A DNA stretch of 64,000 nt, from the NCBI GenBank assembly GCA_052168315.1, contig JBQLZO010000097.1, forward strand, positions 65,778 to 129,777. Direction: 5' to 3'. Positions 52,171 through 62,311 of this stretch are shown here, piece by piece. The translations under genes were made by a program, and so were the position numbers. The notes under the pieces were generated by a model. It worked only from the letters and a program-made list of their open reading frames with translations, did not search any database and was not told where the DNA came from. This DNA comes from Phycisphaerales bacterium (GTDB taxonomy: Bacteria > Planctomycetota > Phycisphaerae > Phycisphaerales > UBA1924). Numbering within the stretch: the first letter of the stretch is position 1; the number at the start of each line of letters is the position of its first letter.

Positions 52171-53738
52171 CACCCATCGATGAAGCGACCCGCGCGAGCG
52201 ATCTGATCGCTGGACATTGGCGTGAGCTGGCCGGTGATGCGATCCGATCCCACGAGCCCGCCCATCCGGATCGCGCCGTCTGGAGCGGCACGCCGGTGCC
52301 GGATCACGCTCAGGAAGCGGTCCAAGCCGCGCGCGAGGCCCTTCCCGCGTGGCGTGCAATGGGCCTGGAAGGGCGCACGGCCGCGCTCCGCGCGTACCAG
52401 AACATCGCACGGGAGCGTGCCGATGAGGTCGCTCGACTCATCTCTCGCGAGACAGGCAAGGCCTTGTGGGACTGCCAGGCCGAGGCGGGGCTGCTGAGCG
52501 GCAAGGTGGACATCACGATCGAGCCACCCGAGGCCGGACCGCATGCTGCGCTCGCCCGCGTGATGGGGTTCGAGATCAACGCCGGAGCGACGCGGATCGG
52601 TCGGACCCGCTTCCGATCGCACGGCGTGATGGGCGTGCTGGGGCCGTTCAACTTCCCGGCCCACCTGCCCAACGGGCACATCGTGCCCGCCTTGCTGCTG
52701 GGCAATACGATCGTCTTCAAGCCTTCGGACAAGGCGCCCGCGGTCGGACAGATGCTCGCCGCGATGTTCCACGAGGCGCTGCTGAGCGTCCGGGCGCCGA
52801 CCGGCGCGATCAACCTCGTCCACGGCGGCGCCGACATCGCCCGTTCGATCGTCGACCATTCCGGCGTCGACGGGATCCTGTTCACAGGGTCATGGCCGGT
52901 GGGTCGGAAGATCCTTGAGGCGAATCTCGACCGCCCGGGGCGGATCGTCGCCCTCGAACTCGGCGGGAACAACCCGGCGATCGTGATGGACGATGCGGAC
53001 CTGCGGCAGGCTGCCATCGAATGCTGCCGGGCCGCGTTCGTGACCACCGGGCAGCGCTGCACCTGCACCCGCCGACTGATCGTTCATAAGGATATCGCCG
53101 ACCGATTCATCCCGCTCTTGCTCAAGGCGGCCGGGGCCCTCGTCATCGGCGACCCGCTGGAAGGCGTGGCCGGACAGCCGGCGTTCATGGGCCCGATCAT
53201 CCGCGCCGAGGCCCGCGACGCGGTGCTCCGCTTCCAGCACGAGGCCTCAACTCGAGGGAACGGACGCATCCTCATGGAGGCGACATCGATGGACCATCCA
53301 TCGGGCGGGCACTACATCACGCCCGGAGTGCTCGAGGTGCCGCGCTTCTCACTCAGCGAGGACCGGCGTCACGATGCGGGGTGCGACGAAGAAGTGTTCG
53401 GCCCGCTGCTCAGGATCTCCATCGCCCGGGACTTCGACGATGCGCTCGAGCAGGCCAACGCCACACGGTACGGGCTCGCGGCATCGCTCTTTTCGAGCGA
53501 TGCCGGGCTGATCGATCGCTTTTTGGATGAGGCCGCCGCGGGGTGTGTCAACATCAATACGGGCACCGCCGGCGCGAGCGGCAAACTGCCCTTCGGCGGG
53601 CTCGGGCTCTCGGGGAACCACCGACCCGCCGGCTCGTTCAGCGTGGACTATTGCGCCTATCCGGTAGCCAGCCTGATCGAGTCCGGTGATGCGGCCGGGT
53701 TGCTCCCGGGCATGCGATTCGATGACGACTGGCTCTGA
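52167..53738 (+). CDS. astD: aldehyde dehydrogenase, N-succinylglutamate 5-semialdehyde dehydrogenase (AstD)-like
   Basis: Motifs HGVMGVLGPFNFPAHLPNGHIVPALLLGNTIVFKPS, FVTTGQRCTCTRRLIV and EVFGPLL closely match remembered AstD sequences. The start overlaps the upstream gene (ATGA). Confidence 0.75.
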   Translation: MTPIDEATRASDLIAGHWRELAGDAIRSHEPAHPDRAVWSGTPVPDHAQEAVQAAREALPAWRAMGLEGRTAALRAYQNIARERADEVARLISRETGKALWDCQAEAGLLSGKVDITIEPPEAGPHAALARVMGFEINAGATRIGRTRFRSHGVMGVLGPFNFPAHLPNGHIVPALLLGNTIVFKPSDKAPAVGQMLAAMFHEALLSVRAPTGAINLVHGGADIARSIVDHSGVDGILFTGSWPVGRKILEANLDRPGRIVALELGGNNPAIVMDDADLRQAAIECCRAAFVTTGQRCTCTRRLIVHKDIADRFIPLLLKAAGALVIGDPLEGVAGQPAFMGPIIRAEARDAVLRFQHEASTRGNGRILMEATSMDHPSGGHYITPGVLEVPRFSLSEDRRHDAGCDEEVFGPLLRISIARDFDDALEQANATRYGLAASLFSSDAGLIDRFLDEAAAGCVNINTGTAGASGKLPFGGLGLSGNHRPAGSFSVDYCAYPVASLIESGDAAGLLPGMRFDDDWL

Positions 53739-53759
53739 CCCATATCGCGGGGCACGGAC

Positions 53760-55280
53760 TCATCCACCGGTGACATCGCCTCGCGTCTCACCGAACCGGA
53801 CCGCATTGCGCAGCGCCTCGGCGTCATAGAGGTCGCCGGGCTCCCCATCCTGATTGAGATCGGTCGGCGATGCGTGCCACGCGTAGAGGTCCTCGGCCGA
53901 GACCGCACCCGAATCGTCGAAGTCCAGCTCTTCAAGGTCGTACACGGACACCCGTGCCAGCGGATCGCCCAGCGCCACATGCTGCCAGACGGTCGGCGGG
54001 ATGCTCGACCACGCCGCCTCGGCGAAGCTCATGTTGAATTCGTACATGTTCCGCACGAAGAATCGGAGCTTCGGCACCGCGAAGGTGAACGGCTCATTGA
54101 TCGTCGCGATCGCGAACGATGCTCCGCGGGGGATCCAGTTAAGCATCTGCTCCTGGCCGCCGCGGGGGAGGCCGTTGACGATCGAATTGCCGTTGAACGA
54201 CTCATAGGTGATCGCAACGCCCGCGGGGTGAGGGGCATAGGTCTGGAGATAGACGCCACCGCCGGGCGGGTCCTCGCCGCCGATATCGTGGTTCTCACCG
54301 TACGAGCCGAGCACCAGCAGCGCCCGATCGGGATCCGGCAGTTCCGGCCCCGTGATGAAGTCGCTCGTCTGGTCGTGGAGCGTCGCGATGCCGTTGGCCG
54401 CGAGCGATGCCGCGGCGACGCCGAAGTCGTCGGCGATGGGGAATGGGGGTGGAAACCCATCGTCGTCGAACTGTCCGGACGCGGGCGGGAATTCGTCGAG
54501 CAGCGCCTGCACATGCTCGCGGACCACAACGAGCCTCCGCGTCCGCTCGATCAGCGCCAGCGTCTCCTCGAGCCCGGTCGTTTGGCTTGTCGGGGCTGCA
54601 TCCAGCCTGCACACCATGTACATGTCGCCCGGAGTGAATACATTGACGAACCAGTAAGGGAGCCCGGAAGCGCTCTGCACGCTGAACCCGCGCGGAAACT
54701 TGATCAGCGATCGCGAGAATCCCGTGATCGGCTCGTTCACGCGTGTGTAGTACGGATTGACCATCACCCCCGCGTATCTGAACGGCAGGCTGATCGTGCC
54801 GCCCACCTCGAGGTCCTGCTGGAGCAATGCGAGCGTCGAATCGAGCGAGGCAAATGTCGATTGGGGCGTAAACTCATCGGTACCCGAGATCCGCACGGGC
54901 ACGCCGCGCGTCAGAGCGATGACCATGATCTGCTCGGACAGATCGACACCGGTATTCGTACCATTGATGAACTCGCGGATCGGAACCCGGAACTTGTCGA
55001 CATACGCGGTTCTGTTGATCGTTCCCACCAGGATGGATGGATCATTCAGATCGAATTCGAGCACGCCGGGACGCCGCGCGATGTACGCATCCCGCACAGC
55101 CTGCGAGGTCGATGACTCGGAATTCCAAACGAGCAGGACATTCTCCTCCTGCAGCTGCGCGCCCACGCCGGGCGTGGCCGCGCCGAGCGCGCCACAGACG
55201 ATGGCCATGAGCCACACCCTCGCCGATCGACGAACCGCCACCCCCCCGCGCGCACGACTCGAATTCGCAGAGACTCCCAT
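53760..55280 (-). CDS. secreted hypothetical protein with a C-terminal dockerin-like calcium-binding module
   Basis: A signal peptide (RVWLMAIVCGALGAATPGVGAQ) is followed by a large uncharacterised domain. The C-terminus carries EF-hand-like repeats (DFDDSGAVSAEDLYAW and DLNQDGEPGDLYDAEAL). Confidence 0.65.
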   Translation of the reverse strand: MGVSANSSRARGGVAVRRSARVWLMAIVCGALGAATPGVGAQLQEENVLLVWNSESSTSQAVRDAYIARRPGVLEFDLNDPSILVGTINRTAYVDKFRVPIREFINGTNTGVDLSEQIMVIALTRGVPVRISGTDEFTPQSTFASLDSTLALLQQDLEVGGTISLPFRYAGVMVNPYYTRVNEPITGFSRSLIKFPRGFSVQSASGLPYWFVNVFTPGDMYMVCRLDAAPTSQTTGLEETLALIERTRRLVVVREHVQALLDEFPPASGQFDDDGFPPPFPIADDFGVAAASLAANGIATLHDQTSDFITGPELPDPDRALLVLGSYGENHDIGGEDPPGGGVYLQTYAPHPAGVAITYESFNGNSIVNGLPRGGQEQMLNWIPRGASFAIATINEPFTFAVPKLRFFVRNMYEFNMSFAEAAWSSIPPTVWQHVALGDPLARVSVYDLEELDFDDSGAVSAEDLYAWHASPTDLNQDGEPGDLYDAEALRNAVRFGETRGDVTGG

Positions 55281-55478
55281 CTCGTCGCTCCCTCCGCTCG
55301 GTCCTCACCGGTGCCGGCGGGCTCGCCGGCGCGCCGGGGTATTCTCCGAGATCACCCTAGCCCGAATCAGGTGGGCGGTCATCACCCCATTCCCCCGTTC
55401 GCATTCTGGCCGGGGACGACCGGCCGCAGCGGCCCGAGGACGCCCCGGGTCCACTTCCATCTCGCCGGAGACCCTCGC

Positions 55479-55784
55479 TTGATCCCGTTCCGCATCGATC
55501 CCGATGGGCACATCCTGATCCCGATCAAGGCGGTGCCGGGTGCCAGCCGCGATCAGATCGTCGGCCTGCTGGGCGACCGCCTGAAGGTCCGGATCAGCAC
55601 TGCGCCACAGGATGGAAAGGCCAACCGTGCGATCGAGCGACTCCTGGCCCGGGGTCTCGGGATCAAGAGCGCGATGGTCACAATCATTGAGGGGATGACC
55701 TCCGCGGAGAAGACCGTCCGCATCGAGGGGCTCACACCCGAACAGATCGGCGAGCGGCTCGCTCTGGACAACCCGCTCCGTTGA
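55479..55784 (+). CDS. DUF167 (YggU/UPF0235) family protein
   Basis: The protein aligns with E. coli YggU (IPIKAVPGASRDQIVGLLGDRLKVRISTAPQDGKANRAIERLLA). A TTG start was inferred (GGAG lies 10 nt upstream); the listed ORF 55311-55784 has an implausible Arg/Pro-rich leader. Confidence 0.55.
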   Translation: MIPFRIDPDGHILIPIKAVPGASRDQIVGLLGDRLKVRISTAPQDGKANRAIERLLARGLGIKSAMVTIIEGMTSAEKTVRIEGLTPEQIGERLALDNPLR

Positions 55785-55790
55785 ACAGCC

Positions 55791-56777
55791 TCAAACGGAT
55801 CGGGCCCGCGCTCGGTTCGGCGGTGTCGGCGGGGATGCACGTTCTAAGTGCGCTCTGGTGAACTCCCGTCCGGTGGTCCGGGGCTCCCAGGTCCACGCGG
55901 GTCCCTTGACCGACTCATAGAACGACCACAGCTCGAACCAGTAGCTTCGGAATCGCTCGTCCCCGAAGCCCTCATAATGCGAGTGCAGCCGGCGCTCCAG
56001 CGAGCGTCCCTCCTCGTTCATCCCCAGCACGACGCGCCCGTGCCGCATCGTCTCGGTGTCCAGCGCAAGGCGCGAGTATCTCCCGAGCAACTGCATGACA
56101 TTCGCCGCCGCGTATGGTCCGATCCCGGGGAGCATCAACAGCGCTTTCTCGACCTCAGCATCGGGCGTCTGGGCGTCCTCCAGTCGTTCGATATCCAATT
56201 CTCCACGCGCCACGATCCTGGCGATCTCGACCACCCGCCGGTCGCGGTACCCAAGTCCGCACCGCGTCCGCAATGCCGCGGGAGACCGCCGCGCCAGCTG
56301 CGCGGCCCGCGGGAACGCGGGATTCACCACAGCGCACAAGCGCTCGTTCATCCGGATCGTGCCCGACCACTGAACATTGCAGTTCGTCACCGTCTTGATC
56401 AGGTCTTCGAACAACGTCGGGCTGCGGAACAGCCGAGCACGACCGGTACGCTTCCATCGCCGATCCACGCGGTGGAATCGCGCGACATCCTCAGCGGTCT
56501 CGTCCAGTCGCAGCATCCGGGAGATCATCCGACGCGCGCCGGACTGCTCACGCCGCGACAATGCCCGATCGAATCGCGCCGCGACAGGCGACCCGGCATG
56601 CCCGTCCGCCTGCGCCAGAGTCATCTCGGCCGGCCCTTCCTCCAGATCGATCCATCGCGTCAGGGTCTGTCGAGCGGGATCCCACCGATTCGGCATCAGC
56701 AGGAAGTACCCGTACGAGCAGACATCGCGGCGCATGACATAGTCCGTCGGTGTTCGGATCGTCAGCGTGGTTCCCAA
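55791..56777 (-). CDS. HhH-GPD superfamily DNA glycosylase (AlkA/Ogg-like base-excision repair protein)
   Basis: The helix-hairpin-helix and Gly/Pro-rich loop region is ALLMLPGIGPYAAANVMQLLG, followed by a downstream Asp. Confidence 0.7.
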   Translation of the reverse strand: MGTTLTIRTPTDYVMRRDVCSYGYFLLMPNRWDPARQTLTRWIDLEEGPAEMTLAQADGHAGSPVAARFDRALSRREQSGARRMISRMLRLDETAEDVARFHRVDRRWKRTGRARLFRSPTLFEDLIKTVTNCNVQWSGTIRMNERLCAVVNPAFPRAAQLARRSPAALRTRCGLGYRDRRVVEIARIVARGELDIERLEDAQTPDAEVEKALLMLPGIGPYAAANVMQLLGRYSRLALDTETMRHGRVVLGMNEEGRSLERRLHSHYEGFGDERFRSYWFELWSFYESVKGPAWTWEPRTTGREFTRAHLERASPPTPPNRARARSV

Positions 56778-56861
56778 GCGATTCTGTCCTCCGTTCGGGG
56801 ATCGACCGGCCCGGGCGTCCGGACGGCACGGTGAATCACTGCGGCATCCCGATCAATCGAC

Positions 56862-58136
56862 TCATCGAGGCACATCCATCGCCTCGGACGCGCGCACGCG
56901 CGAGGGACGCTCAGGGTAGGGCAGCGCATCGCGCAGGAACGCCCGCTCGATCACCGGTGGATCCAGCGGACGATCCCGTGGCGATCCGGCCACACTCGGG
57001 TCACGCGGCCCGACGGGCGTCGAGAGAAGGAGCCCAAGCACCTCGGCGCCGTCGATCACTTCCGCGAACGCGACATAACGCCCATCGAGCCTCCGGCAGC
57101 CCTCTCGGCTGAGCGAGATGAAGAACTGCGCGCTGTTCGCATTCGGATCGTTCGGGTGCCGCGCCAGGGACACCACGCCGAGATCATGCTCCAGCGCGCT
57201 GGGCTCGTAATCGATCCACATGCCCGCGCCGCCCTGTCCGGTCCAAGTCGGGTCCCCTCCCTGTGCGATGAAGGGATTTCCATCGCGGTCCCGCGGCACG
57301 ATCCGATGGAACGCCGTGCCGTCGTAGTATCCTCCCTCAACCAGCCACGCGAACCACCCACAGGCGTTGGGCGCCTCGTCGAACCGCAGCCGCAGGACGA
57401 CCGCCCCCAGCGTGGTCTCCAGCACCACCTGGCGATCGCGATGCAGGCGATAACCCGAGAGAACGCCCTGCGCAGCTCGCACATCCGCGCCTCCTTCACC
57501 ATCGTCACCCTCGCCGCTCTGGTCATCGCGCTCGATCTGCTGCGCGAGGCGGTCCCGCCGATCCTTAGGCAGCGATGCCACATCTCGGACCACATCAAAC
57601 CGCTCACCTTCGACCGCTCGTTCCACCAAGGCCTGCAGGGCGTTCCGAGTGCGAACGGGTTCGACCAGCGGCTGGAGGATGATCCCGGGCCCAACCGGAC
57701 GCCCATCGATCGCCAGCTGGGCGACCAGCGCCGATCTATCCCGTGTCGTCCAGAGCACCGCGAACATCCCGGACAGGTCGACCGTCTCGGCGCCCGGGTG
57801 CACCTCCCCCCGATCGAGCACCCGACCGGATCGGGCATCCAGGAGCAACACCTCGAGCTCGCCTGAATCGCTCCCGGGAGCGCCACCCGCGCCACGCGGC
57901 CACGCCCCCCCCCCGCCGCCGCCGTGCACCACCCGAAGCTCGATGGGTCGATTCACGCCGACAAAGGTGCGAACGGGCTCAAGCCCGAGCGCATCGAGCG
58001 AATTCCGCTCGGCCTCTCGATGGGCCTGAGCGGCGGTGGCGAATGCGCATAACGGCCCCTGCAAGCACGCCAGCGCAATCAGCACTCTCGCCACCATTGC
58101 CAGACGCATCCGACTCCGACGCTGAGGGATTTGCAT
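56862..58136 (-). CDS. secreted cyclophilin-type peptidyl-prolyl cis-trans isomerase with a ~200-aa N-terminal extension
   Basis: A signal peptide is followed by a C-terminal cyclophilin domain (FHRIVP...FIAQGGDP...NSAQFFISL). Confidence 0.85.
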   Translation of the reverse strand: MQIPQRRSRMRLAMVARVLIALACLQGPLCAFATAAQAHREAERNSLDALGLEPVRTFVGVNRPIELRVVHGGGGGGAWPRGAGGAPGSDSGELEVLLLDARSGRVLDRGEVHPGAETVDLSGMFAVLWTTRDRSALVAQLAIDGRPVGPGIILQPLVEPVRTRNALQALVERAVEGERFDVVRDVASLPKDRRDRLAQQIERDDQSGEGDDGEGGADVRAAQGVLSGYRLHRDRQVVLETTLGAVVLRLRFDEAPNACGWFAWLVEGGYYDGTAFHRIVPRDRDGNPFIAQGGDPTWTGQGGAGMWIDYEPSALEHDLGVVSLARHPNDPNANSAQFFISLSREGCRRLDGRYVAFAEVIDGAEVLGLLLSTPVGPRDPSVAGSPRDRPLDPPVIERAFLRDALPYPERPSRVRASEAMDVPR

Positions 58137-58314
58137 GCCGGAGTATTGCCGCGCTTCGCTGCGAGCGCCGAACCGAGCAAGGGCTCACGACTCCACGGCT
58201 GGCAGCATCACCGATTCGCCGCAGCGCGAATGGAGCACCTTGGGCTCCCGTGTCCCAGGTTCGGACAGGCGATGCCGGTTCAGAAATGAAGTATCAGGGA
58301 TCCGGGCCCGAGGA

Positions 58315-59088
58315 TCAGGGATCCGGGATCACTTCCGACCCGCCACCCGAACCAAGCCGGTCCATCGCGCTCCAAGTCGCCGAGACGGTGTTTGAATCCT
58401 GCGGCTGTTCGACCGCAAGCCCTGACACCTCGCTGAAGTCGATCGGCAGTTCCTCCGCCCGCACCCATTGCACACCCGTATCCCAACGGAGCATGTTGTT
58501 GCCATCGCCATGGTTGTAGTCGGTCGGCGTGCGCAGCCCGTCGGAAATGATCGCGGTCCACGGATCGAGCAGCGAACTGTACTTCTTGTCCAGAAGCACA
58601 CGGAACTGGTAGTTCGAACTGATGATCCCAACGGGGTTCTGCCATTGGTCGGCGTATCGCTCGATCGTGTGCAGCCCGGTATGGCTCGGACAATAGTAAA
58701 CCTCTGGCCTGACCAGGTACTCAAGAGCGAACAGTTTGCCGATTCCATCCCAGGTTCGTCCGGGCGCTCGCTCGTGCAAATGAAGGTGCACAAAGATGGT
58801 GTTCTGCGGCTCGGGCGCACCCTTGGCAGGATCGTTGAACACTGAATTCGGAAGCACATCACCCGAGTCCATGGCATACATGTTCAGCGCCATGGAGAAT
58901 TGGCGCATGTTCTGGGCGCACCGCACGCGGTTGGCCGCCTCTCGGGCAACCGCCAAGGAAGGAAGAAGGAGCGAAATGAGGACCGCCATGACCGCCAGCG
59001 AGACGAGGAGGTCGATGATCGAGAATCCCCGCCGCGCGAGACCCGTTCCGCACGCCCCTGCCCCGCCCTGCCCTGCCCCGTTGTTCAT
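58315..59088 (-). CDS. DUF1559 protein with a prepilin-type N-terminal cleavage/methylation domain (H-X9-DG family)
   Basis: The prepilin-like N-terminus GFSIIDLLVSLAVMAVLISLLLPSLAVAREAANRVRCAQNMRQ is typical of planctomycete DUF1559 proteins. The start was taken at MNNGAG. Confidence 0.8.
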   Translation of the reverse strand: MNNGAGQGGAGACGTGLARRGFSIIDLLVSLAVMAVLISLLLPSLAVAREAANRVRCAQNMRQFSMALNMYAMDSGDVLPNSVFNDPAKGAPEPQNTIFVHLHLHERAPGRTWDGIGKLFALEYLVRPEVYYCPSHTGLHTIERYADQWQNPVGIISSNYQFRVLLDKKYSSLLDPWTAIISDGLRTPTDYNHGDGNNMLRWDTGVQWVRAEELPIDFSEVSGLAVEQPQDSNTVSATWSAMDRLGSGGGSEVIPDP

Positions 59089-59636
59089 CGGAGCGAGAGC
59101 CTGTCTACGCCCGCGCACCGCAGGTGCCGAGCGGAGGCTCGCGTGCGATCGGTCTGGTCTGGTCGAACCCGTGATCAATGCCTTGGATCCGGTTTCGGGA
59201 CAAGCGTCCACAATTCTCGTCGTGATCACTCGCCCGTTTGTGTCGACGCCTCGGCGTGCATCGGGATCGGGTCTTACAGGTCGGCCGTCGATCCGTGGCC
59301 GGCACACCGACATTCAGGGAACTCTACCGGGTCGCAATCGGGTGTCCCGATCCGCGACTCGCATGCTCCCACAATCGCAACCGACACCGGTGGATCCGAT
59401 GTCGCCGCAGCGTCCAAGGTGGTTCCGGGTTCGGCACCGCAGTTGGCACAATCCCGAACCCGGACAAACCTTCACACAACTATGGCACCAAAGTCGGGCC
59501 GAAACAACCCATCCAGGAGCCAAATCTTCCCAAACTTGGCAGGAATGCCCTCTGAGGGCAGGAAATGCATCCCCCCGAACCTCCGCCGCGTATAGCCTGA
59601 TGCTCGGGGAGGCTGGTCGTTCTCAGGGAGAACCCG

Positions 59637-60209
59637 GTGTCCGAGGCCCGGTCAGAACACGATGATTACTCGCTGATGCAGCGTGTGGCCGCCGACGACC
59701 AAGTCGCCGTCGAGGCTCTGTACGACCGGTTTGCACCGCTCGTCTATCGCATGGCCTATCAAGTCATGCCCACGCGTGCCGACGCGGAAGATGTCGTGCA
59801 GGAGGTCTTCGTCCGTCTGTGGCGGACGGCCGACCGTTATGACCCCAAGCGGGCCGCGTTGGTCACTTGGGTCATGCTGATTTCCCGGCGGCACATGGTG
59901 GATCGGTTGCGCCGGGCGAAGGCCCGGGTCCGAGCCTCATCGCTTATCGAGGATTGGCAGCCCGTCGGCGACGCGGCCGCCCCCGAAACGGGGCTTGTGC
60001 AGGATGAGCGGCTCGCCGCGATCCTCAAGCGGATCGAGTCCCTCCCGGAGTTGCAACAGACGGTCGTCAAACGGGCGTATCTCGGCGGACAGACTTTGAA
60101 GCAGATCGGCATCGAATTAGGCGTACCGCTTGGTACCATCAAGTCAGCGCTTTCGCGGGCACTCGTGCGATTGCGCGAACGATCGGCGGGAGAGGAACAG
60201 GCCACATGA
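59637..60209 (+). CDS. ECF RNA polymerase sigma factor (RpoE-like)
   Basis: Region 2 is EDVVQEVFVRLWRTADRYDP and the region-4 helix-turn-helix is TLKQIGIELGVPLGTIKSALSRALVRLRE. Confidence 0.85.
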   Translation: MSEARSEHDDYSLMQRVAADDQVAVEALYDRFAPLVYRMAYQVMPTRADAEDVVQEVFVRLWRTADRYDPKRAALVTWVMLISRRHMVDRLRRAKARVRASSLIEDWQPVGDAAAPETGLVQDERLAAILKRIESLPELQQTVVKRAYLGGQTLKQIGIELGVPLGTIKSALSRALVRLRERSAGEEQAT

Positions 60210-61039
60210 ACCCCCACGAACTCTTGGAAATGGCTTCGCTGGACGCGCTCGGACTTCTCGATGAGGAGGAGCGGGCCGAGTTCGAAGCCGCCTTCAATGC
60301 CGCCTCGCCGGAATTGCAGGCCGCCGTGCGCCGCGCCCAGCTCCGTGCCACCGACATCGATGCGATGCTCCCCATCGTCGAGCCCCCGCCCGGGCTCCGG
60401 GCTCGTGTCCTTTCGGCGGTCCGCTCCGCCATCGCGGCGGTCACCGTCGAGGCGGCGGTCCAAGACCATGCCGCCATCGCCGGACACATCGGCGATCGCT
60501 CGCTGGTCAAGCGGCTTCTCAATTTCGCACCAATGTGGCGCGCCGCGTGCCTCGCGTTCGCCACCGCCACCATCGTGCTCACCGTCTTCAACGGATTGAT
60601 CAAGGACGAGTTGGACCATCTCCGCGACCGCCAGACCACAGAAGCGATCGCCATGCAGTTCGGCCAGGAATTCGGGCCTGAGTTCGTCGAGGCCATGATG
60701 AGCCCGCGCAGCCAGTGGCTCGCGTTCGCTCCGGCGGCCCAAGATCTCGACCCCCAGCAGGTGCAGCGCCTCCGGGCCAAGGTCCTGTTCGATCCCGTTG
60801 CCCGCACCGCGTTCTTCCGGGTTGAGGGTCTCCCCTCGGCCGACGCGAAGTATTTGCTCGTCATCGAGGATTCCGCCGGGAATGCCCGGAAGCGGCTGGA
60901 GTTCTATGGGCACCACGACGCCGTCTTCCGTCGGGTCCAGGATGTCGACGAGGCGGATGTCAACGGCATGGCCATCTACGGGCCTGATTCATCCGGTGTG
61001 ATCACCGCGCCGTTGCTCCGCGCGGTCGCCGCCCTCTGA
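60206..61039 (+). CDS. anti-sigma factor (RskA-like, single transmembrane helix)
   Basis: The gene is translationally coupled to the ECF sigma (ATGA). The N-terminal HELLEMASLDALGLLDEEERAEFEAAF resembles the anti-sigma-K (RskA) N-terminal domain, and a central transmembrane helix is present (AACLAFATATIVLTVF). Confidence 0.65.
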   Translation: MNPHELLEMASLDALGLLDEEERAEFEAAFNAASPELQAAVRRAQLRATDIDAMLPIVEPPPGLRARVLSAVRSAIAAVTVEAAVQDHAAIAGHIGDRSLVKRLLNFAPMWRAACLAFATATIVLTVFNGLIKDELDHLRDRQTTEAIAMQFGQEFGPEFVEAMMSPRSQWLAFAPAAQDLDPQQVQRLRAKVLFDPVARTAFFRVEGLPSADAKYLLVIEDSAGNARKRLEFYGHHDAVFRRVQDVDEADVNGMAIYGPDSSGVITAPLLRAVAAL

Positions 61040-61273
61040 TCGCGGCTGGCTCTGCGCGCCGCAGGGTTCCATCCCGGTTCCCCGCCCCCCACGATTACCA
61101 ATTCCACAGACGCTCCATACCCGCCGAGGGAGCCCCGCAGATCCTCTGCCTCGCCCGCGCCTTGAGCCGATGGCTCCGGCGCTCTGCGAGGCGGTTTCGC
61201 GCGCGAGCGGAAGAGTTGGCCATCCCGGGTCCGCTACACTCCGCCACTCGCTCCCGGAAAGGACCCTCCGCCC

Positions 61274-62311
61274 ATGACGGCATCCGATCCACGACCTCGC
61301 CCGATGCCGCCGGCGATCCCCACGCTCGGCGTTCGCATCGCCGGAACGGGCATCGCGCTTCCGGAGCGCGTGGTCACCAACGATGACCTCGCGCGGATGG
61401 TCGACACCAGCGATGAGTGGATTCGCCAGCGAACGGGCATCTCGCAGCGACGCCGGGCCGACTGGGAACATGGCGAGACGGCCGTGCCGATCTGCGCCAG
61501 GGCCCTCAGGAGTGCCTGCGAGAACGCCAACATCGATCCGAGCGAACTCGACCTGCTCATCGTGGGGACCGTCACGGGCGAGATGGTCTGCCCTTCCACG
61601 GCCTGCCGTGTCGCCGACGCGGTCGGTGCCGCGCCCGCCGGCGCGTACGACATCATCGCCGCCTGCTGCGGATTCGTCTTCGGGATCAATCAGGCGCACG
61701 ACATGATCCGTTGCGGCAGCTACCGGACCGTCGGGGTCGTCGGCTGCGAAATCATGTCATCCATCATCGATTATCGCGATCGCGGGGTGTGCATTCTGTT
61801 CGGAGATGGCGGCGGTGCTGCGATCCTCAAGGCCACCGACGACACTTCCAAGGGCATTGTCGCGCAGTCGATGCATGGCGACGGCGCGAGCTGGAACGAC
61901 CTCTATCTCCCGCGGGCCGGATCGGACATCCCGCCGGGCGTTGATCCCGAGACCATCACGCTCAACAAGCTCCAGATGAACGGGCGCGAGGTCTACAAGT
62001 TCGCCGTCTCCACCTTCTCGAAACTCATCCAAGAGACTCTGGACAAGGCCGGCATCACTCCCGATCAGGTTGACCACTTCGTGTGCCACCAGTCCAACGC
62101 CCGCATCCTTGAGTCCGCCCGCGAGCGGTTCGGGATTCCACCCGAGAAGCTCTATGTGAACATCGAGCGCTATGGGAATTGCTCGGCCGGATCGATCCCG
62201 CTGTGCCTGCACGAACTCCGGGAGCAGGGACGCATCAAAGAAGACCAACTCGTGCTCTTCCTCGCGTTCGGAGCGGGCCTGACCTGGGGATCTTCGCTCT
62301 GGCGTGTCTGA
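61274..62311 (+). CDS. fabH: beta-ketoacyl-ACP synthase III
   Basis: The catalytic triad context is IAACCGFVFG (Cys) with HQSN and N...GNCSAGS, over 345 aa. Confidence 0.9.
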   Translation: MTASDPRPRPMPPAIPTLGVRIAGTGIALPERVVTNDDLARMVDTSDEWIRQRTGISQRRRADWEHGETAVPICARALRSACENANIDPSELDLLIVGTVTGEMVCPSTACRVADAVGAAPAGAYDIIAACCGFVFGINQAHDMIRCGSYRTVGVVGCEIMSSIIDYRDRGVCILFGDGGGAAILKATDDTSKGIVAQSMHGDGASWNDLYLPRAGSDIPPGVDPETITLNKLQMNGREVYKFAVSTFSKLIQETLDKAGITPDQVDHFVCHQSNARILESARERFGIPPEKLYVNIERYGNCSAGSIPLCLHELREQGRIKEDQLVLFLAFGAGLTWGSSLWRV

